A DNA stretch of 64,000 bases from Amoebidium appalachense (Eukaryota > Protista > Ichthyosporea), in contig CAVNZM010000005.1 of NCBI GenBank assembly GCA_963693365.1, forward strand, positions 9,900,334-9,964,333, given 5' to 3'. Below, piece after piece: positions 56,096 to 64,000 of this stretch. The notes beneath the pieces were generated by a model, which saw only the letters and a program-made list of their open reading frames with translations, did not search any database and had not been told where the DNA came from. The position numbers and the translations under genes are program-made. Position 1 is the first letter of the stretch. Each line of letters opens with the position of its first letter.

Positions 56096-56765
56096 GCTGC
56101 ATGTGTCACTAAGAGAGCATCCCTTGAGCATAACAAACAGGGTAGACACCAGCTGGTTTTATAAACAGCACAATTCACACAAAATGTTGACTTCGCGTTC
56201 CCCCCCCCCCCCCCCCCTCCCCTCCCCCCCTTCCCCCCCCTCCCTCCCTCCCTCTTTTTTTTTGTCTCAGTTCTCAACCGCCCCCGGCTTCCACCCTCAC
56301 AGTTTAGAACTCAGAAGGCGAAGATCTGGGAACTTGATGGTACTGCACCACAAGATGTGCAAACGCAACACACAAAACTACGTATGGATATAGATGGCCC
56401 CCCAATACCAAACCATCAGCTTGCGACATCGGATTTCACAACTAAAAGCTTCTCAATGGCAAACATTACCAAACGTGGGCAGTACATACCTGGACAGAGC
56501 ACAACAGCGGCCTTGTAAAGGAGTTGCTGCCTATGAGGTAGCCGATGGCGCCGACACCATTACACAGGCCCAGGTTTAGAAGAATCCAATGCCTTGTAAG
56601 TCTTTTTTTGTAGGGCAGTTGAAGAATCATGGTCACGATAAGAACAGCTCCTAGAAGTGCTAACGTTGCAGAGCCATAAACTGAGTCTTTCAGCATCTGC
56701 TGTTGTTCCGGCGTAAACCCGGTGGGTGGAGGCCGGACGGTCCAGTTGCTGCCTGAGGAAGACAT
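54631..56765 (-). CDS. 7TM G-protein-coupled receptor, cAMP-receptor-like (Dictyostelium CAR/Crl type), ~411 aa
   Basis: Exons 56765-56490, 55854-55477 and 55212-54631, all phase 0. Seven hydrophobic segments. Motifs LCSVQGFLVHY, YYVLAIWGIP, SGPWCAI, FFFGPLW, FVLVWSVPTANRIY and HGFIDFLVY are typical of this class. Confidence 0.88.
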
Positions 56766-58639
56766 CTTCGATGGCCTGAAGACCTCATACTATTATTGTT
56801 ATCTATCAGGGCACTCGAACTTAAAAATACTAAATTAGATATATTATAGGGTGCCTGCCTGCAATTGCCGCTTGACGCAGGCTGCATCTGGCAGCAAAAC
56901 AGACAAGTATCAAACCTTAAAGATTGACTTATAATAGACGTCGCCTGACTATTATACTAATGCTGCATGCATGCAATACCTCTGTTTTAACTAGAAATTA
57001 GGTTCATGTTCAATGAGGTTCCCCTTCGCATTCATGGCCCGGGATCTCTTGTCAGACAAGAATTCAGCCAGAAACGATTCAGAGAGACATCACGGTGCAC
57101 GAAGATCTTTTGGTGTGGCTTTGGTTCTCTTTTTATATGAAGCGTACAAATTCTACAAAATGATACGAACAGCTTTATCTTTGCTCATAATCAAATGGCA
57201 GGACGAAACTACATACACACACGTTGTTGTACTTTCGAGTGTAACATCAAAAAGTGGCACAGACTTTTTAGACTTGGACTTTTTAAAAGAGGGCGTTAGT
57301 CTTTTGCCCAACCAATTCGAAAACGCGCCTCGCCGAGACAGCCAATGATTTCGTCAAAGTACATTGAAAGAGCATTCCGATGTTCCCCCAAGAATAGATA
57401 CTACACAGCCCAGATATAACTTTTGCCTATTATAATGTCATGAAAGACTTGGGCCTTCTAATGAGTTCATTGAGTACAGTTAAAATTGTACGTAGATAAT
57501 GTAGTACACCTCAAAATGGGGACTATTTTCTTTTTTATTATATATTATTTGCTATTTTGAGTTATTGGGGACCCAAGTCAATGCATACAGGATGGATTGC
57601 TCTAGGCCGAAAGAGTCCTATGTACCAATACGATTCGAGATACCGGTGATTCGAGATATGACGAAAAGCATGGGTCCTTAGTCACCTTACTCAGACATGC
57701 TGTTGTAATGGTATTTCGAGAAATCGATTGGAAAAATCATCTAGTGTGCGCAAATTTCAAACACGGCCACACTCTACAGTAGACGTGATTAGCCGGAGAC
57801 AATCTCAGAGAAATGAAATGTAGCGACGGGGGAGTCAAAGTCAAAACTTTCTCAAAAGGTTACCGTACCAACAATGGAAAATCTTTTTATCACGCACTCA
57901 GTATAGGCATGCGATCCCGGCTCGGAGCTCCAATAAAACCTGCAAACTTTTATATATAAAAGGTACAGGTATTGCAATCGGGTCGGATGAGATAGTATGC
58001 ATATTAGTGTGATTACTTCATGCATTTCGCTTGTTCCCCTTCAATTTAAGTTTTTTGCTTTGCACAAATGGTCACATAAACGACAAAAAGCCTTATGAGC
58101 GGGCGCCCACTGCCCACTGGCCCAGACCGATTGACATGCATGCCACACAGGATCGTCATCTCAACTGGTCTTTTTTATCCTCAGGACTGCACCATTCTTT
58201 GAAATTGGAGGCGTGGTTCGGGTGACGTCACGGACGCACATGTGTACACGCACACGCACACACGAACACACGCACACGCACACAGACACGTACACACACA
58301 CACACGTGGTTTGCGTATACGTACACACGCACAAGACCACTCACGCACACGCACGCACGTACGCGCGCACTTGTCACGTGCACCGTCACTGCCGTGCCAC
58401 CGTGGCACACAAACACGCACGCACATGTACACACACGCACACGTGTCGAGGCTTCCGCGCATGCAAGGGCCGCACCGGAACCTTCCCTGAAACAAAGTGG
58501 ACCACCCCCCATCTCTCTCCCTCTCCTCCCATCCTCCCCATCCCCCCACCCTCTTCCCTCAACCCCTCTCCCTGACCACCCTCTTCTTCCCACCTGCAGC
58601 TGAGTGAGGGCCCCGTCTTGCGCGATCGCCCCCGCCGGG

Positions 58640-59350
58640 GCCACAGCCTACTATGTAGTTAAGCACCTCCCTAGGCCTCACAAACACAAAGACACCCACA
58701 GACACTAACCAATATATCGGTATTCTGAACCAGTACGTGTACCAAGCTTTACGTGGTACTAGTAAAGAAAGAAACGGGTCCCCAAGGCTTCGTGATATGG
58801 AAGTGCACGGCCCTGGGCCCATGTCCGGATCCGACAGGGCCCCACGTGCATACCCATATGGCGCACAAGCGGGGAACTTGAAGACAGGCAGTAGGGGGTT
58901 GTCGGAGCCACCATGTATACACATGGCAAAAGCACGACCTTAGGTGCAGCAACACGGCGCCCAGACTCCGCGAGCTTCGGCCAAGGCTAAGCCCTATACG
59001 CAACGTCGTCCCCACCAAAAGACTGACTGCGAGGGCCCTTAAAACCAAGCGGGATATCCGAGGACTGACAGCTCTGCAACGGTAATGGGGCACCCCAACA
59101 GCCGGGGCGAACTGGCATGCATGTTGGGCACACACGCAAGTTGGTGTTACTGCATCTCACTGACCCGAGCTCACACGGAGCCCCACAGGTGTGCTTTGGC
59201 CCCAACAAAGTTGGTCGCCTGCCAAGGCACACGATACAAAGCATACGCGGCCTTGCACCCTGAGTGACACGCAGCGTATGTGGGCACGTAGCGCGCTGTC
59301 ACACCGTGAGAGGGTGGCACAATCATGACACTGCCCCGATCTGGCTCCCC
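58640..59350 (+). mobile_element. Possible very degenerate L1/Tx1-like non-LTR retrotransposon ORF2 C-terminal fragment
   Basis: Microsatellite-free block with broken frames: KERNGSPRLRDME and TKRLTARALK..QR*WG...NWHACW. Only weakly reminiscent of the post-RT region. Confidence 0.25.
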
Positions 59351-61069
59351 AAAAACATTTCGGTTCAGTTCCACAACACTGTTAGGGTCTTCTTGTATCC
59401 ACCAGTGTCAATTGCCACCACTGTTGTACAGTAGTAGGTTTGGGTTGAACGTAACACACCTCGGGGTGCAACGTCCCGTTTCTCCAGACGCCCCCAACGC
59501 TTTGCGCCGTTATGCTTTACCCAAACGGTTTAACCTCGACCTTTTTGCCCCCGAGGCACCCCCTTCCCCTCCCCGTTACTCCCCCCTCGCCCCCCTCCCG
59601 TCCCCCAAGCTTGCGTGGCCCCCCTCCCCTCCTCCCCCCCCCCTCCCTCGCACACACACACACACACCACTGCCAGTGCACCACCACTACCACCACCACC
59701 ATTGCCATCACCTTCTTGCGTCTGTCCCCTTCACCCCCTTTCCCGCCCCCCCCCCCCCCCCCCCCTTCCCTGTCGACATGGTTGTGTACATTCACGAGCA
59801 TACCGTGCTGTCCCCCCACAACCATTCTACGTGCCTTTGTGTCTTCTCGGCAGAGGCTGGAATAGAGCCTCGAAAGCAGCTACCAGTTGGCTGCATCACT
59901 TTTAGCTGTATTCCTTATTAGGGCAGTTGCTCTGCACCTTCAGTATGCAGTTAGGAGCGATGCAACGAACGTGAACACTTTGCCAGCATGCATATGCACA
60001 TATTCAAGGTGCACAATGTGCACCGCACACATTGTGTGCCGTAGACACTTTATTGGGCATTAGACATACACATGTAGCACTGTAGTATAACGTGAATTCG
60101 AAGCTAGATTATGATCACCCAGGAGAAGCCCATGTACTCATGTATCTGTCATGTACTTTATTATAAGTAGGGCCACATGCCTATTGGCTGTCGCGCGCCT
60201 TACAAAAGTGTGCGAGCAGTGCTCTCCGGACCGGCGGAAACCAAGGGGCTATAAAAAGGCTGGTACATTCCAGACTTGGATCACTTGGGCGGGGCTGTGT
60301 GTCCGAGTAAGCGTTACACTAGTTGTGCGGTGTCAGACTAGCTGTAGCACCCGCTTTCGAATTCTTGTCTCACCACTTACGTGCTTCCGAGTCTTAGCCT
60401 GCATATGTTAACTAGCGGCATAGTAATAGCATATCACACCCTGGTTTTCACTCCCCCAACCACCACCGCCATTACGATTACCTTCTCGACTCCGCTCCCC
60501 CTTCCCTCTCTCTCCCCCTCTCCCGCCCCTTCCCCACTCGACCCGAGGCTCCCCCCCCCCCCCCCCCCCCCCCCTCAAAAAAGAATAAAGGAGGGGAGGG
60601 GGGGGGGGGGGGGGGGGGGGGGGGAGTCTTGGGGGGAAGGGTTAAAAAAAATGGGGTCTGGTCTTTTGGGCCTTTGTGATGAACTTCAGCTTTACTTTCA
60701 CTCTTTCAGCCAGCCTGGGAGCTGCATGCTTGTTACGAACTTCGTGACAAACGGATTTTTCGAGTCTTTCAGGAATCATTACATAATATGATCATAGCAG
60801 GCAGGAAGTATCTTGTTCGATGACCAAATTTTGATGCCGTATACACCCTCAAGCCCCTCCCCCCCCCCCCCCCCTCCCCGCCCCGACCCCCCCACCCTCC
60901 CCCCCCCCCCCCCTCCCCACCACCACCACCACCAAAACACATACACGTTGCGCGCGCGCGTACACACACACATACACTACACACACACACACACACACAC
61001 ACATACAGAGAGAGGGGGGCCCCGGGGGGAGGGGGGGGGAGTCTTGGGAGGGGGGGGGGGGGGGGGGGG

Positions 61070-61114
<45 letters not shown>

Positions 61115-61138
61115 CTGACTGGGGGGGGGGGGGGGGGG

Positions 61139-61272
<134 letters not shown>

Positions 61273-61466
61273 CCCGTCGACCCACGCTCGAGCTCCCTTT
61301 ACAAATTGCAAAGAACACACATAAACATCTCGAAAAAAAAAAAAGAAAAGAAAAAAATGTGCCTGTATGTAAATCTCCACTGTTCTAGATCATTGGCAAG
61401 CTTTATTACACTGCCTCATATCATTGGGAAAAAGAAAACCATGAGGCCAAGGGGCCGCGATCTATT

Positions 61467-61505
<39 letters not shown>

Positions 61506-61856
61506 TCCCCCCCTCCCCACCCCCCACCCCACCCCCCTGCTTCCTCCATTCGGTCTTTTACAACAAACGGTGTCCCTGGCAGTACACAGAGGTACGTCTG
61601 CCTGTACCTACGGCTACACACATGAGTCATGCGCACATGTAAAAGCACAGTGTGCCATCCACAAACCGTGAACCAATTCATTCCCCCCCTTCCCCCCCCC
61701 CCACCTCCCCGCCGCTCCCACCGCCGCCGTCAAGTGGGTTATTCTGTTATCTGCTTCTCTTCAGGGAAGGAAGATGGTGATGATATCTGTGCACTGTGTG
61801 TATGTGTGAGTGAGGGGTTGGTGGGGGGAGGGGGAGAGAGGGGTGTGTGAGTGAGT

Positions 61857-61902
<46 letters not shown>

Positions 61903-62030
61903 GGGGGAGAGGGGCCTCAGATGAAAATAAGGTTCCGAAAATTTTGTGGTCAAGGCAGCTGGAGAAGAACGATGGAGGGAGGGAATTGGGGTGTTTAGTG
62001 CGTGCGTGTGTGTGCGTGCGTGTGTGTGCA

Positions 62031-62063
<33 letters not shown>

Positions 62064-63276
62064 GCGTGTGCGGGTGTGTGTGTGTGTGTGTGTGCATGTG
62101 TGTGCGCACGTGGATGCATGTGTGCACGCCCGTGCGTGCAAGTCGTGTGTTTGTGCCTGTTTCATAGTGTGATTTTAGGAGGAAAGTAAGGGGTGGGGCA
62201 GACTCGGTGGTCAAAAATGGCACATTTTTCACACGTATAATCGTGTTCATTCTTTAGGTCCCGGTAACAGTACTTCTAAGTGTCCAAAAATGCCACCCAA
62301 GTTTTAGCACAGGATTTGCAGAGAGTTTAACTTAATTATAGAAGGAGGTCTAAACTACTAGCAGTCACTTCTTATGATCAAATTGAATTGGTTGGTCAGG
62401 CTAGGTATACACACATGCACCATCCCAGATCAAAGCATTTCAATGGAGAGACACTGGGATTAACTCACTACAGCTCTTAAAAGTTCACTAAAAGCCAACG
62501 GTTACCCCCCCCCCCCCCCCCCCCCCCCCATCCCCCCCTTTTGTTCCCTCATCGGGGGAGGGATTCTCCCCCTACCCCCGGGAATGGAAGCCTGAATTGT
62601 AGAAACAACGCTTCGCACACCATTGCTAATAAGAAATGAAAACTTGGCAGAGAAGTATTGAAAATCCTGAGTAGCATACTAAATAGCTGCAAATACAGGG
62701 ACAGGAATATCAAAATATCCTATTGTCACGTGCACGTGTGTTTGCAAAAGTCTGAGAATGTGATGTGAATAACTGTTGCTAAGCCTTCGGTATCATAAAT
62801 GCCTCAAGTCCGATGTATCCCTGCAAGTTCACGTGCCACTACCCAGCACTGTAAAAGACCGCGCTACCATATACTGCCATAACCCCCCTCCCCCCTCCCC
62901 TCCAGTCTCCCCCTCCCCCCCCCACACCCCTTCCCCCTCTTCGGAAAAAAACTTTAAACAAAACCTCTCATCGACAAAGACACACACACACACAATATCC
63001 ATGTTGGTAACCGTTTTCAAACTAACAGCACGGTTACTAACAGCACGGTTACATACGTGCAAAATACGGCCAGAAGAGATTATTCTACCTATCGGGTTAT
63101 CCTACGCACCGCACAAACATACTCTTTCTCACCCACCATCACTTATCTCCCCGACCACCCCCTCCTCCTCCCCCCCCCCCCCCCCCCCTCTCCGACCTAC
63201 CCTTCCCTCTCTCTCTCTCTCTCTTTCTCTCTCTCTATCCCCCCCCCCTCCCCCCCCCCCCCCCCCCTCCCTGCTA

Positions 63277-63727
63277 TCATTCAATACCGTGCCGTGACTT
63301 CTCGTGCTTCTTCATGTTGGATTTGTCAGCGAATTTTCTTCCACACTCACTGCACTCAAACGGTTTCTCCCCCGTGTGCACGAGCACGTGCTTTGTCAGC
63401 GACACGGACGTGCTGAAAGAAGCATCACACCCGGCATAGACGCACTTATACGGCCTCTCTCCTGTATGCCCCCGCATGTGGATTTTAAGCGAGTAATTGC
63501 GCTGGAAATCCGCACCGCACCCCTTGAAGGTGCACTTGTACTGGCGCTCGCCCGAGTGGATGCGCAAGTGGGACTTGAGGTTTGCGTGGTTGCTGAAGCG
63601 GACGTTGCACCCGCGCACGGTGCAGCGGACAGGCTTTTCGGTCTTTTCACCTGCACGGGGTGGGGAGCGGGGTGGGGATGTTACTCAAATATTTTTCTAA
63701 ACCTGAGGCCTGGATGTGTATATTTTC

Positions 63728-63762
<35 letters not shown>

Positions 63763-63909
63763 TTTTTTGTGTGTGTGTGTGGGGGGGGGGGGGGGGGGGG
63801 GGGGTGCTTTCAAGATAGTGCACATGTATGGCAAGACTTTGAGAATCGGTATTTTTTTCTTGATCTTGTTTTTTCCAAAGGCGGCAGGGGTTGGGAAGCT
63901 GGGGGGTGA

Positions 63910-63947
<38 letters not shown>

Positions 63948-64000
63948 CTAGCCGTGTGTCATAGGCAGAGAGAAGAAAGACGTACCTTTGACTCAAGCAA
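63277..64000 (-). CDS. C2H2 zinc-finger transcription factor, 3' portion with four C-terminal fingers
   Basis: Terminal exon 63650-63277 encodes three CxxxxC..HxxxH fingers and one CxxC finger, with SGERQY, TGERPY and TGEKPF linkers. An upstream exon ends at 63986 (AAG|GTACGT) and the gene continues beyond the window. Confidence 0.9.

Noticed and set aside
57013-57348. 111-aa plus-strand ORF upstream of the GPCR
   Set aside because: No recognisable motif or splice context; probably a chance ORF in promoter or repeat sequence.

Overview
This is eukaryotic genomic DNA with very repeat-dense introns: poly-G/poly-C, (CA)n, (GA)n and (TA)n tracts. Almost all ORF-track entries are translations of these microsatellites. 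Manual splice-site and phase assembly gives six spliced genes, all on the minus strand. (1) A secreted protein with a tandemly repeated uncharacterised domain, running off the left edge. (2, 3) A tandem pair of multi-pass membrane paralogues resembling the fungal UPF0658 Golgi membrane family. (4) DNAJC28. (5) A cAMP-receptor-like 7TM GPCR. (6) The 3' end of a C2H2 zinc-finger gene. Introns carry several MITE-like elements, a 94-bp loopless palindrome, same-orientation repeat families and decayed copies of neighbouring exon ends. A degraded DUF559-like endonuclease fragment lies between DNAJC28 and the GPCR. The most notable pattern is a possible lineage-specific splicing code: weak GTC/GTAC donors followed directly by poly-C, and (CA)n in place of polypyrimidine tracts. 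The gene mix suggests a unicellular holozoan such as an ichthyosporean (inference only). All family assignments come from remembered motifs, not database searches.
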